The notes under the pieces were generated by a model. The model did not search any database and was not told the DNA's origin. It saw nothing but the letters and a program-made list of their open reading frames with translations. DNA of 64,000 bases from Phycisphaerae bacterium (GTDB lineage: Bacteria > Planctomycetota > Phycisphaerae > UBA1845 > Fen-1342), in the NCBI GenBank assembly GCA_963675745.2, contig CAXXWX010000006.1, forward strand, positions 32,001 through 96,000, given 5' to 3'. Each line of letters begins with the position of its first letter. Positions within the stretch are counted from its first letter, which is position 1. Below are positions 45,041 through 55,385 of this stretch, one piece after another. The translations under genes were made by a program, and so were the position numbers.

Positions 45041-45469
45041 TCAGGGGGCCGCGTCCAGAGGCGGCGCATCGCCTCTGATCGGGATCGGCCGGCGATCATC
45101 ATCCACCGCCACGAACACGAGTGTGGCGGTGGTTACACGTATGGACTTGCCGGGCCGATCGAACCGCTCAGCTTCGACATCGACACGGATGGTGATTGAC
45201 GTGCGCCCGGTCCGCACCGCCGTGGCGTAGAAGCTCAGCACGTCACCGACGAAGACCGGCTCGTGGAAGACGACTTCATCCATCGCCACGGTCACGACGC
45301 GCGCGCACGTGTGCCGCCGCGCACCAATGGCTCCGGCCTGGTCGATATAGCTCAGCAATACGCCGCCGAAAATCGTGCCGTGGGCGTTGGTGTCGCGGGG
45401 CATCATGGTGACGCGAATGGCGGGGCATTCATGCCGTGGCGTTTGGTCGTGAGTTTGGTCAGTCGGCAT
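45041..45469 (-). CDS. Acyl-CoA thioesterase (YciA hot-dog fold)
   Basis: MPRDTNAHGTIFGG, GRTSI and FVAVD motifs. Confidence 0.9.
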   Translation of the reverse strand: MPTDQTHDQTPRHECPAIRVTMMPRDTNAHGTIFGGVLLSYIDQAGAIGARRHTCARVVTVAMDEVVFHEPVFVGDVLSFYATAVRTGRTSITIRVDVEAERFDRPGKSIRVTTATLVFVAVDDDRRPIPIRGDAPPLDAAP

Positions 45470-46490
45470 TAGTGTCTGCCTGTGCCGCGGGGTGGTTCTC
45501 CAGGGCCTGAGTTGTCGCCGCAATCACGCGCGGCACCACATCATCCCAGTTTCCAGGTGGAGTGGCGCCGGCGGCGCGGTGATGGCCGCCGCCGCCGAAT
45601 TGCCGCGCGATCGCCGCCACATCGAGCCACCGCTTGCTGCGCAGATTAACGCGTACGGACCCGTCGGCGTGTTCCGTGAACATGATAGTGGCCTCGAGCC
45701 CGGCCAGTGTCGATGCGACGTTGACCAGATCCTCGGTCATGCTGTGGTCGGCGCCGGCCGCGCTGAAATCCGCCAGGCGCAGCCGCAGCACAGCCAGCCG
45801 CCCGTCGGCCATGAGTTCCATCGACGACAGCAATCGGCCCATCAGGGCCAACTTGGCACGCGGTTCGCGCTCGTGTACGCCCTGGTAAATGTGCTGGCTA
45901 TCCGCGCCGGCATCAATCAAGGTCGCCGCGGCTCTCAACGTCCGCGCGTCGGTGTTTGAATAACGAAACCAGCCGGTATCGGTGGCAACGCCGACGTAGA
46001 GGGCCGTCGCGATCTGATCATCCAACGGCGCCGCGACGGTCTCCACCCATTCGGCCAGCAGTACGCAGGTAGCGGCGGCGGAAACGTCGCACAACCGCAG
46101 ATCCTCCGACCGTGTTCCGATTGAATCGGCGGTCGCGTGATGATCGACTACCAGCGTTGGTGGTGGGGCGGTGAGCAGTCCGCCGGCCGGTTCAAGCTGC
46201 GCCAGCGCACACGTGTCCAGTATGATCAGTGCGTCGCATGTGCTGGCCACCTCCGCGCTCACATCTTCCCAGAGCCACCAGGGAACCGCGTCGCGCAACA
46301 ACTCGTAGCGGGCCGGGAAGTCATCGAAGAGCGTCGCGCGCGGATCCTGACCGCGCTTTGCCAGCACGCGTGTTATTGCGGCCAACGCGCCCAGCGCGTC
46401 ACCGTCAGCCCGCCGGTGAGAAACCAGCAACGGCCGCGAATATCTACGCAACCATTCGTCCATCCGCCGATAGTCGTCTTGGGTGATCAT
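45459..46490 (-). CDS. nrnA: DHH/DHHA1 phosphoesterase (NrnA-like)
   Basis: H..ADGDA, VDHH, TDTGWF and GGGGH..AAG motifs. Confidence 0.88.
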   Translation of the reverse strand: MITQDDYRRMDEWLRRYSRPLLVSHRRADGDALGALAAITRVLAKRGQDPRATLFDDFPARYELLRDAVPWWLWEDVSAEVASTCDALIILDTCALAQLEPAGGLLTAPPPTLVVDHHATADSIGTRSEDLRLCDVSAAATCVLLAEWVETVAAPLDDQIATALYVGVATDTGWFRYSNTDARTLRAAATLIDAGADSQHIYQGVHEREPRAKLALMGRLLSSMELMADGRLAVLRLRLADFSAAGADHSMTEDLVNVASTLAGLEATIMFTEHADGSVRVNLRSKRWLDVAAIARQFGGGGHHRAAGATPPGNWDDVVPRVIAATTQALENHPAAQADTNAD

Positions 46491-46519
46491 GGCTGGTATT
46501 GTAGTGCCGAGTTGAATAC

Positions 46520-47620
46520 ATGATACGACTTGGGCGGTTCATAGCGGCCGACAATCGGACGGACCAGGCCTTGGCGACGCTCGCGCAACTGTTGGACAGA
46601 GAGAACTACCGGCCGTGTGACTGGGATCTGGTCACCGATGCGGCCGGCCGCGACTACTGGATAGAGAATTTCATAGCGCACCTGGACGTGCAGATGGAGA
46701 TGATCAGCGCGAGCTATCCCGATGCCGACGATGAGCGACTGGCGGCGTTGCGTCGGGATTATGTGGCCCTGATGAACTCGTTGCGTGATGCGCCGGCCCG
46801 TTTCGGTCGGCTGGATGTTCTGATGCTTGACGAACTGCGCCAGGAACTGCTGGTGCGGCATGGGTTCCCGGATCCATTCAAACGCGTTAAAGAGCGTGAG
46901 AATGCGGCGGCGCTGGCGCTACTGCCGCGCCTGCTGGCCGAAATCGACGCCATGCCGCCCGCCGAGCGTCCGGCGCGTCTGGTGGAAGGCCTGCTGGCCG
47001 GGAACATCTTTGACCTGGGTTCAATGCCGACCGTGGAGCGGTACAACAGCGGCGAGGCGGATTTCTGGCACAGCCTGGTGTCGCTCCCGGCGCGTCCGTG
47101 GTTTCGCGATGATCTGGACAACTGGCAGCGGCGCATTGCGTCGCGCGCCGCTTACCGCCACGTGCTGTTCTTCGTCGATAACGCCGGGGGGGATATTGTC
47201 CTGGGTTGCCTGCCGCTCGCGCGCATGCTGATGCAAAGCGGGGCGCGCGTGACATTGGCGGCCAATTCGCTGGCGGCCCTGAACGATATCACGGCGGATG
47301 AACTGCTTGCACTGATCGGGCAGGCGGCTGAGAGTGATGCGGCGTTTGCCGATCCGCGTTTGCGCGTGGTCGCAACCGGCAACCGGGCCCCGCTGATAGA
47401 CCTTACCAATCTTACGGCTGAATGTGTGGCGACGTCGGCCGACGCGGACTTGATTATCCTGCACGGAATGGGGCGATCCATCGAAAGCAATTACCGGGCA
47501 GGCTTTCAGTGTGACGCCCTGTGGACCGCGGTCGTCAAGGACGAGGCGGTCGCCCGGCACATTGGCGCAGAGCTATTCGACTGCGTATTTCGCTTCGAGG
47601 CCGGCCGCTCTACCCGCTAG
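46520..47620 (+). CDS. DUF89/ARMT1-like damage-control phosphatase (PANK4-type)
   Basis: DPFK..KEREN, LAGNIFDLG, FVDNAGGD, ALND and GMGRSIESN motifs. Confidence 0.88.
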   Translation: MIRLGRFIAADNRTDQALATLAQLLDRENYRPCDWDLVTDAAGRDYWIENFIAHLDVQMEMISASYPDADDERLAALRRDYVALMNSLRDAPARFGRLDVLMLDELRQELLVRHGFPDPFKRVKERENAAALALLPRLLAEIDAMPPAERPARLVEGLLAGNIFDLGSMPTVERYNSGEADFWHSLVSLPARPWFRDDLDNWQRRIASRAAYRHVLFFVDNAGGDIVLGCLPLARMLMQSGARVTLAANSLAALNDITADELLALIGQAAESDAAFADPRLRVVATGNRAPLIDLTNLTAECVATSADADLIILHGMGRSIESNYRAGFQCDALWTAVVKDEAVARHIGAELFDCVFRFEAGRSTR

Positions 47621-49016
47621 CCAGCCCATCGCCGGCGTAGCCGATCAGGAACAGGAACTGGCTCTGCGTGATCACCGGCACGTATGTGGCGCGGGCACGG
47701 TCGATCAACTCGTTGAAGCTCGAACGATCGAGGGCCCGGGCTTCGACCTGCTCCATGATCACTGGTGTGGCCTCTTCACCCGGCGGCAGGTCCGGTACGA
47801 ATGGCGCCGTGCCGACGATGACGAAGTCAGTCGTCTCATCCAGTTCGTCGACGACCTGCCCGCCCCACTGCCGGATCATGTTGATCACTGTCTCACGCCC
47901 GCCGCCGGCGTCGGCCGTTCCGTCGTAATCCAGATCAAAATCACCACGGACCACGAACTTGGGCAGCCGATTCCGCTCAAACGCGATGTTCACAACGTAA
48001 TCGCCCTCGATAATCGGGTGGGAAGGCGTGGTGCGTGTGACACGGCACTCGGCGGTGTCGGGCATCATCGATTCGATCTCTAACGAAGCCTTGCCGCGCA
48101 CGCCGCGCGGCACGTCAACGGGCGAAAAAACCTCAAAGCCCATGCCGACCTTGAGTCCGTCGTTCTCGCCAAGGTTGATGTACACGAGTTCGCTGCCGGG
48201 GATGGCCCGCAGGATCTTGCCGTCGGCCTTGGTCAGGATCGCCTGGGGATCGAGTCCGGGCGGCTGGATTTCGAGAATCTTCTGCCGCAGGTCTTCGACC
48301 AGAGCGTCGAGGCGGGCGATTTCGCGGTCTTTGACCTGACCGCCGCGCTCGATCTCAACGCGCATCTGCTGCAAGGCCTGGGTGGCCCGGTCGAGGTTAT
48401 CTTGCAGGGCGTCGCGCGAGCCCTCGGTTTCGGACAAGGCCGTCGCGTGCTGCTGCTCGAGCTGAGCGCCGCGCTCTTTGAGCCCTTCGACTTCCTCCTG
48501 AAACTCGTCGCCGATGGCCTTGGCCTGCTCGGTGAGATCGACAACCTTCTGTTGGGCGTCGGCAAGCTGCCGGGCCAGATCGCCACTGCGGCGTCGCTCT
48601 TCGGCCAGCAGGCTGGACAGCCGGCTGAATCCACCGATAAGCGTGTCACCGGGGTTGATCAAGCCCTCGTGCATACGGGCGGCGTTGGCGATCGCCCGGT
48701 CGGCCTGGTGCTTGACCGAGGGGAACACGGCCTGCTCGGTCCCGTTGATGAGCATGCCGTAGCCCTGCAGATAGCCGTCCATCACCGTGAAGACCTTTGT
48801 GCGCCGGTTCCGGGCTTCGTCGCGATAGAATTGCGGCGCCCGGCCATACTCGTCCAGTTGAGTCTGGACTTGATCGGCCTGGTCTTTGAGCTTGTTGTTT
48901 TGGGTCAATTGCAGGATAAACGCGCCGAGAGAGAGCACGCTCACGATCACGAACGCGATCAGTCCGTAATGCAAACCGGTAAGTCCGCCGCCGCGGCTCG
49001 CTGGTCGACCAGCCAT
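47610..49016 (-). CDS. Membrane-anchored coiled-coil protein with C-terminal BRCT-like domain
   Basis: TM, long coiled coil, DG.I...VYINLG..DGL..G..F.V beta domain, then I.QWGG.V.....TDFVIVG. Confidence 0.7.
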   Translation of the reverse strand: MAGRPASRGGGLTGLHYGLIAFVIVSVLSLGAFILQLTQNNKLKDQADQVQTQLDEYGRAPQFYRDEARNRRTKVFTVMDGYLQGYGMLINGTEQAVFPSVKHQADRAIANAARMHEGLINPGDTLIGGFSRLSSLLAEERRRSGDLARQLADAQQKVVDLTEQAKAIGDEFQEEVEGLKERGAQLEQQHATALSETEGSRDALQDNLDRATQALQQMRVEIERGGQVKDREIARLDALVEDLRQKILEIQPPGLDPQAILTKADGKILRAIPGSELVYINLGENDGLKVGMGFEVFSPVDVPRGVRGKASLEIESMMPDTAECRVTRTTPSHPIIEGDYVVNIAFERNRLPKFVVRGDFDLDYDGTADAGGGRETVINMIRQWGGQVVDELDETTDFVIVGTAPFVPDLPPGEEATPVIMEQVEARALDRSSFNELIDRARATYVPVITQSQFLFLIGYAGDGLASG

Positions 49017-49250
49017 GCGCCATACTCCTTCACGCGAATATCCACCGCCCGACTTCCGGTGACTCCGCTGCGGCGCGCACCGCCACACGCAATCCGGAGT
49101 CGCCGGAGCGCTTGCGACCGGCAAGTATCTTGTGAACCGGGGCCGATGTCAAAAGCCAAAAACCGCCCGTGCGCTCCCGACGGAGCCCTTGACCGCGATC
49201 GCCAAACGGTGATCATGCGGGCGGCAGAGCCAGTGGCGGAAGCGAGTACC

Positions 49251-49529
49251 ATGGCAAAGTCCTCAAAACGTCCCAGCTTCGAAGAAGCCATGCAACGCCT
49301 CGACGAGATTGTCGAGGGCATGGAGTCGGGTGAGATCGGCATCGAGGAGTCGATCTCGCGCTATGAAGAAGCCATGAAACTGGCCGCGCACTGCCGCAAA
49401 ATCCTCGATACGGTCGAGCAACGCATCCAGAAAATCCAGACGGTCGCCGGCTCTACGCCCCGCGCGGTGCCGTTCACTCCCGCATCGTCGCCGGAAAACG
49501 ATCCCACGGATGAGGAAGCCGAACCCTGA
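49251..49529 (+). CDS. xseB: Exodeoxyribonuclease VII small subunit
   Basis: SFEEAMQRLDEIVEGMESG....EESI..YEE...L...C...L...EQRI. Confidence 0.92.
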   Translation: MAKSSKRPSFEEAMQRLDEIVEGMESGEIGIEESISRYEEAMKLAAHCRKILDTVEQRIQKIQTVAGSTPRAVPFTPASSPENDPTDEEAEP

Positions 49530-49561
49530 TCAGGCCCGCAATCCTCTCACTTTCCCGCTTT

Positions 49562-50311
49562 GTGCGGCTTGCGGGTCACAGCCTGCTCGATGCCGCCCTG
49601 CCGCAAACATGTGTAATCAGCAATGAGTGGCTGCCGTCCGGCACCGGCCAGGTAAGCCCGGAGGCGCGCGATGCGCTCGAAGCCCGGGCGGTGCAGTCGT
49701 ATTGCCCGCGCTGCGCCCGAAGCGCTCGCCCGGAGACCATGTATGACGGCGGGTGTGGCGGCTGCCGGAAGGAGCGGTTTTGGAACGTCGCCGAAATTGT
49801 ACGCATCGGCGCCTATGACGCCGTCTTGCGCGGCCCACTTTTGAAGCTGAAGTATGCCGGGCGTGAGGGTTGCGCCCGCTATCTGGCGGACATGCTGGCC
49901 CGGCCGTTGCGCCGACGGCCCTGGACCGGGGAGTTGGACGCGCTGGTTCCAGTGCCCAGCCACTGGATTCGTCGATGGCAACGCCCGTGTGACCACGCCA
50001 CCGTGCTGGCCGCCGAGGTTTCGAAGCGGATCGGCATTCCGGTGATGAATGCGGTTCGGCGGGTCAAGTATGGTCCGAGCCAGGTGCGTGCGACAACCGT
50101 GGCGCAGCGGTTCGAGAACGTCGCCGGCTGTTTCGGCATGCGCCGGCGGCACGATGTGGGCGACATGTCGGTCTGCATTGTGGATAACCTCGTTACCAGC
50201 GGGGCGACCTTGCACGAGGTCTCGAAGGTGTTGCGTGCGGCGGGCGCCAAACGCATCTACGCCGCCGTGGCCGCCCGGACCACTAATGTCCGCGCGCCGC
50301 AACCGACATAG
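49562..50311 (+). CDS. comF: ComF-family protein (zinc finger plus PRTase-like domain)
   Basis: CPRC..CGGC, LKY, VPVP.H..R and VDN..TSGAT motifs. Confidence 0.85.
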   Translation: MRLAGHSLLDAALPQTCVISNEWLPSGTGQVSPEARDALEARAVQSYCPRCARSARPETMYDGGCGGCRKERFWNVAEIVRIGAYDAVLRGPLLKLKYAGREGCARYLADMLARPLRRRPWTGELDALVPVPSHWIRRWQRPCDHATVLAAEVSKRIGIPVMNAVRRVKYGPSQVRATTVAQRFENVAGCFGMRRRHDVGDMSVCIVDNLVTSGATLHEVSKVLRAAGAKRIYAAVAARTTNVRAPQPT

Positions 50312-50355
50312 TACGGATGGTGGTTTGAATGACGCTACTCCCGCCGCTTTCGCGT

Positions 50356-51771
50356 TCAGTGCGGCTGGCTGGGTAAGGGCGCGAACTTGGTCCGCCTGCT
50401 CACGACCAGCGGCTTCTTGCCCGACTCGTAACGCACGCCCGACCAACGCAAACGATCAAAATCGTACGTGCGTACGGCTTGCAGCAGGCAGACGTACAGA
50501 TCGGGCTCCAGGCGATCGTTGAAGATTCGTTTGCCCGAGACGTAGATTTCCACCGGCTCGTCCCAGTCGATCATGCCGTCGCCGACCCAGATTGTGACCT
50601 GACGGACTTTCTTGCGGGCCACGGCTATTTTCTGCCCGTCAACCTTGCCGGTAAGTCGGGCGACGCGCCCGGTGATGGTGCGGATGAACGCGGCCTGGTA
50701 GTCGTTCGGGTCCTGGGGATTTTCCTCGGCGGTGAATACGACCTGGATCACGCCTTCCCCGCCGAGCACGTTACCAACCCAATCATCGGCCTCGAGCCAG
50801 TGGCAATGCGATTCGGCCGGCGCACGAAAGCGCTTGTCGACCGTACGCGGATACTGGGTTCGGCGGCGCGTGAGCAGTTTGCGCATTGCGTCGCGCGGCG
50901 GGTCTATGTTGCTGTGCGCGCCGTCAGGGAACTCATGCCACGCGACCGGCAGGCCCAGCCCGTCAGCCGCCGCGGTGATACGCTGGTTTGCCCCCGCGAT
51001 ACCTCCGGTCGGGCTCTGCTGATGATTCGCCCCAAGCGTATCGTGGGCCCCCCAGGTCGCAAAGACGTACGTATTTGAGAGATTCTGTAAGAAGATGTCG
51101 GCAAGAAAGTCGCGTGGGAGATTTAAACACCCGGCGATCGGCATCACACCGGCGAACTCCTCCGGCATTACGACGGCTTGCGCCCAACTGGCATGCCCGC
51201 CCATCGAATAGCCGGTGGCATACACGCGGTCGCTGTTGATGTTGATGAGCTGCTTGATGCCGCGCAGCAGCGCGCGATGTTGGAACAGTGGAGGACGCCC
51301 CAGGTCAACGCGCGTCTCGGTGTAGCCGTCCGGCGCTGCAATGACGTACCGGTCCGCCGCCGTGCCGAGGGCCTGCCGATAGTAGCCAATGATCCACTCC
51401 CCGGTGCCACCTTGGCCATGCAAGGCATAGATCAGTGGCCAGGCCTGTTGCGGGTCGTAACCCGGCGGGATGCGCAAAGCTACCGTCATGCTCTTGTTGG
51501 TATCAGGTACCGGCAACTGGATGCGATGCTGCCCGGGCTCGTAGTCCTCAAACAGGCCGGCCCGGTGCAGCCAGTCGCTGAGCGTGCTACGGCTGTAAGC
51601 CGGATCGGATTCGATGAGCTCGACGATTCGCGCGCGGCGGGTGGCGTTTTCGGTGTCGAAAAACGACTTCAGATGCCGCAGAACGTCGCCCTCGTCAGCA
51701 GGTGCCGTCGGGGCTATCAACAGCGCTGCCAACCAGCACGTATTCGTCAGCACGGCGTGTCGAAAACGCAT
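50356..51771 (-). CDS. Secreted alpha/beta hydrolase (esterase/peptidase-like)
   Basis: Signal peptide, PL..ALHG, GYSMGG nucleophile elbow, G..D and H residues. Confidence 0.8.
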   Translation of the reverse strand: MRFRHAVLTNTCWLAALLIAPTAPADEGDVLRHLKSFFDTENATRRARIVELIESDPAYSRSTLSDWLHRAGLFEDYEPGQHRIQLPVPDTNKSMTVALRIPPGYDPQQAWPLIYALHGQGGTGEWIIGYYRQALGTAADRYVIAAPDGYTETRVDLGRPPLFQHRALLRGIKQLININSDRVYATGYSMGGHASWAQAVVMPEEFAGVMPIAGCLNLPRDFLADIFLQNLSNTYVFATWGAHDTLGANHQQSPTGGIAGANQRITAAADGLGLPVAWHEFPDGAHSNIDPPRDAMRKLLTRRRTQYPRTVDKRFRAPAESHCHWLEADDWVGNVLGGEGVIQVVFTAEENPQDPNDYQAAFIRTITGRVARLTGKVDGQKIAVARKKVRQVTIWVGDGMIDWDEPVEIYVSGKRIFNDRLEPDLYVCLLQAVRTYDFDRLRWSGVRYESGKKPLVVSRRTKFAPLPSQPH

Positions 51772-52076
51772 GACAACTCCCGGGTGCGTGTTCGGCACAT
51801 TGTAGCACGTTCGCACGGCGCGCCCCGGCGGACCCCGGGCGGTTGTGGGCCGCCGGCGGGGCGCAGCCTGTCAATTGTCGGCAATTGTCGCCTGAGCGAG
51901 CGGCAACGTACCACAGGTTGAAACACGTGACTGCGAATACTGGCTTGCGGCGGCCGAATACCAGTACGCGTGTTGCCGAATCGAGCGCGCTGCGGGCCGT
52001 GCGCAAGTCACGCGCCGGCACAACGCACACGTTTTGAATACAGATCACAGTCACCAGATCAACCGGAGAATCAGTC

Positions 52077-55000
52077 ATGTCGCCGCGAACCACCGTACCG
52101 CGATTAGTCGCCGTGGGAGTCGTTGTCCTTGCCGCCGGTCTACCGGTCGCCGGAGCGAAAACTCCCGCCGACAAGTTCTACGAAGGGTATTACCTGGAAA
52201 CGGTCGCGCAAGACTACGCGGCCGCGGCGGATTTGTATCGAGAAGTCACCAGCGCCGACCAGGCCGCACCGGGAATCCAGGCCAAGGCACGCGCACGGCT
52301 GGCGATCTGCCGCGAGGATCTGGCGTGTCAGGATTTCACGCGCCTGATGCCGCCCGCACCGCTGGCATATGTCGAGATGAACCGACCGGGCGAGCGGGTC
52401 CGCAAGCTGCTTGGTCAACTCGGTCTGCTGGCCGATGAGAATGGCGGGGCCCCGGCCGCCGACCAGATCGCGATCCGGCCGGCGGTGATCGACACCCTGC
52501 TGGGTGTGCGCGGGGCGGCCGTTGCGATTACCGGTTTCGACCCGATGACGCAGATGCCATCGGGTGTGCTGGTCTTTCACCCCGGCAACATTGATCTGGT
52601 GCGCAGCGCTATCGAGTCGGCGCTCCCCGTTGCCGCCGAGCCGGTCAGCCCGATCGGGGGTTTCGCCACCTATCGCGTCGACGAAAAGGTATTCGTCACA
52701 CTGACGGCGCGGCTCGTCATTGTCAGCACGACCGAAATGCAGATCGAAGAGGTGCTCGCACGGCTTGCCGGCGATGACACGGAGTCATTGGCGACCAACC
52801 GCGATCTGGACGACATCCGGCCGGGCCACGATGACGCCCTGCTGCTCTTCTTTGTGAATCCCAAGCCGCTTATGCCGATGATCAACGCGATGCTCACAGC
52901 GGCCGCCGCCCAGGAGCCGGAGCTCGCGACCGTGCAGGCCCTGCTGGACATCGGCAGTCTGCGCTCGTTCAGCGGGCGCTTCGACCTCAGTGACCGGGGG
53001 TTGCTGTTCGAGCTCAGCCTGCGTTTGGACAAGGACCATCACAACCTGGTGTACAACTTCCTGCGCGGACCGGCCATCGACCCCGAGACGCTGCGCTGCA
53101 TCCCGCCGGATGCGGCCTTTGTCGTCGCGGGAGCGTTGAACCACGCGCCCGAGGATTATGACGCCCTGCCGCCGATCAAGCGCGAAGGCCGGCCGATCGT
53201 GACGTATCTCGATCTTGGACGGGAGATCTTCGCGAACATCAACGGCGTGGCATTGGCCGCCCTGCCACCTACTGAAGCCAAGCCGCGCGGAGACGAGCCG
53301 ATTCCCGACATCGCGTTGGTGATAACGGTCAACGATCCGAAGATGTCGCGAGTGCTCTGGAACCAGATCCTCGGCTTGGGCAGCCTGGCGTCGGGTGCGG
53401 CAAGCATGCGCGGCCAAACCCACAAAATCGACGGCGTCAGTGTGCAGAGCTACAGCTTCGAGGACAAGGTGACCGTCTTCTTCGCCACCGCCGGGCACCA
53501 CCTGCTCGTCGGCACATCCGAGTCGGCGATGGCCCGCTCGATTGCGGCGATGAAGGGGGAGTCGGTGCTCGATGAGCCGGCTTTCGAGGAACCGGTGGCG
53601 CGCCTGAATGGCCACACGAGCTTCGCGGCGTTTATGCATCCCGCGCGCTGTGCCGAGATCGGCAAGTTGTACATGTCGGCGCGCGAAGTTGCCGAGATGG
53701 AGCAGTTCATCGCGCCGATGACCGATACGGTTGCGTCGGTGATGGTGACGCATTCCGATCAACTGCTGCGCCTGACCGCTGCGGTGACCGGGATTCCTGA
53801 CGTGGGCGAGGTGGTTGCAAAAGCGATTGCCAGAGAGCGCGTCAAGAACAAGCTCTCTCGCGCCAAGGCTGCAGGAGATTGGAAGACGGCGGGACGGATC
53901 TACGACCGCATGCTGGCCGAGCGGCCCGGTGATCCGGACCTACTGCGCGGCAAGTTCGACGTTCTCGCCATACACAAACGAGACCACGACCAGGCCCTGG
54001 CGCTGGCGGATGAGCTTCTGAAACAGTGGTCCGACAACGCCCATCAACTTAACAGCTTCTCATGGGCGCTGCTGACCAGTGATGTCTACGGCAAGCAATA
54101 CACCGACGTTGCGCTGCGGCTCAGTCGGCGTTGCAACGAGCTGACCGAACACAAAGTCGCCGCGTATGTGGATACGCTCGCCGAGGCCTGCCAGCAGAAC
54201 GGCGATATCGAGCAGGCCCTGGAACTCCGCAAGCAGGCACTCGACCTGGTCGGCTCGAGCTATGCCGGCGACCGGCCGGACTATGCGACGCGCTACATTG
54301 CGACGCTGCACGCAGCGGGGCGGGATGGGCAAGCGGCGGCGTTTGCCGAGCAGGCGCTCGGCGATATCAGGGATCAGTTCGGCAATCGAGGTGCAGAGAT
54401 GTTGTCAGTCGTTACAAGCTGGGGAGCCGGGCTGTCCAACGCCGGCTATCCCGCTTATGCCGTGCCTCTGTATCGCGAGGCGCTCGAAATCACTCGCGAG
54501 CAGCAGGGGCCCGCATCGCCCGCGACCGCCGCAGCGCACAACGCGCTTGGCGTCATGTGTTCGTGGAGTGGAGACCCGGCAACCGCCGCCGACGAGTACC
54601 GCGTGGCGCTGGGGGCCTACCGCGAATTGGAAGGAGACGAGAGTCTCAACACCAGTCAGGCGCGGACGAACCTGGCGGGCACGTTGGCGGAATTACAAGA
54701 GCTCGACGAAGCCGAGGAATTGGCGCGCGACGCGGTTGCCGCCTTGCGTAAGTTGCGCGGCGACGATCACTTCAACACGGCCGAGGCTCTGCGCACGCTC
54801 GGGTGCATCCTGGTCGAGCAAGGCAAGCTGGCTGAGGCTGAGGACGCTTTGCGCAATGCGCGCGCGAGCTTGAGTCGCTTGAATCTGGCGAGCAGCGATC
54901 GCTGGCGGATCGGGCGCGCCGAGGGCTGGCTCGGGCGCTGTCTGGTCGAACAGGGTCGCTTTGCCGAGGCAGAGCCGCTGCTGCTTGGCGCCTACCAAGC

Positions 55001-55163
55001 ACTGCACCAGTCGCGCGGCGATGCGTTCTCCGATACCCGCACCGTGCTTAGACACGTGGTTGCTCTGTATGATGCATGGGACAAACCTGATCAGGCTGCC
55101 CAGTGGCAAACGAAGTTGCCGCTCGCGGAGAAGTCATTAACCACGCGCGGGCCGGACAGCTAG
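52077..55163 (+). CDS. Large secreted protein: DUF3352-like N-terminal region plus TPR array
   Basis: Signal peptide; beta-rich duplicated region; C-terminal kinesin-light-chain-type TPRs (G.DH..TA..L..LG). Confidence 0.65.
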   Translation: MSPRTTVPRLVAVGVVVLAAGLPVAGAKTPADKFYEGYYLETVAQDYAAAADLYREVTSADQAAPGIQAKARARLAICREDLACQDFTRLMPPAPLAYVEMNRPGERVRKLLGQLGLLADENGGAPAADQIAIRPAVIDTLLGVRGAAVAITGFDPMTQMPSGVLVFHPGNIDLVRSAIESALPVAAEPVSPIGGFATYRVDEKVFVTLTARLVIVSTTEMQIEEVLARLAGDDTESLATNRDLDDIRPGHDDALLLFFVNPKPLMPMINAMLTAAAAQEPELATVQALLDIGSLRSFSGRFDLSDRGLLFELSLRLDKDHHNLVYNFLRGPAIDPETLRCIPPDAAFVVAGALNHAPEDYDALPPIKREGRPIVTYLDLGREIFANINGVALAALPPTEAKPRGDEPIPDIALVITVNDPKMSRVLWNQILGLGSLASGAASMRGQTHKIDGVSVQSYSFEDKVTVFFATAGHHLLVGTSESAMARSIAAMKGESVLDEPAFEEPVARLNGHTSFAAFMHPARCAEIGKLYMSAREVAEMEQFIAPMTDTVASVMVTHSDQLLRLTAAVTGIPDVGEVVAKAIARERVKNKLSRAKAAGDWKTAGRIYDRMLAERPGDPDLLRGKFDVLAIHKRDHDQALALADELLKQWSDNAHQLNSFSWALLTSDVYGKQYTDVALRLSRRCNELTEHKVAAYVDTLAEACQQNGDIEQALELRKQALDLVGSSYAGDRPDYATRYIATLHAAGRDGQAAAFAEQALGDIRDQFGNRGAEMLSVVTSWGAGLSNAGYPAYAVPLYREALEITREQQGPASPATAAAHNALGVMCSWSGDPATAADEYRVALGAYRELEGDESLNTSQARTNLAGTLAELQELDEAEELARDAVAALRKLRGDDHFNTAEALRTLGCILVEQGKLAEAEDALRNARASLSRLNLASSDRWRIGRAEGWLGRCLVEQGRFAEAEPLLLGAYQALHQSRGDAFSDTRTVLRHVVALYDAWDKPDQAAQWQTKLPLAEKSLTTRGPDS

Positions 55164-55385
55164 CGCCGCCTCCCCATCGAGCGTAGTAGCCGACCCCCGA
55201 GTCGGCCGTGCTCCAGCGCCGGTGTGCCCGAGGAGGCTTCGCGCGAGAGATCCTGCGGTTGGCCCTGCTGTCGGCCGTTGTGGATACACAGAGTTTGGGT
55301 CGGGTGGGTGTGTGGCCCACCAATACCGCCGCGGCTGGCAATGGACGCTGGCCGCGGCGGTTACTTCTGTTTGCGTCGGGCCGGA

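Noticed and set aside
50179..50187. Perfect DnaA box TGTGGATAA (and an 8/9 match near 55279)
   Set aside because: Isolated, one lies inside comF, and both are far from dnaA; expected by chance.
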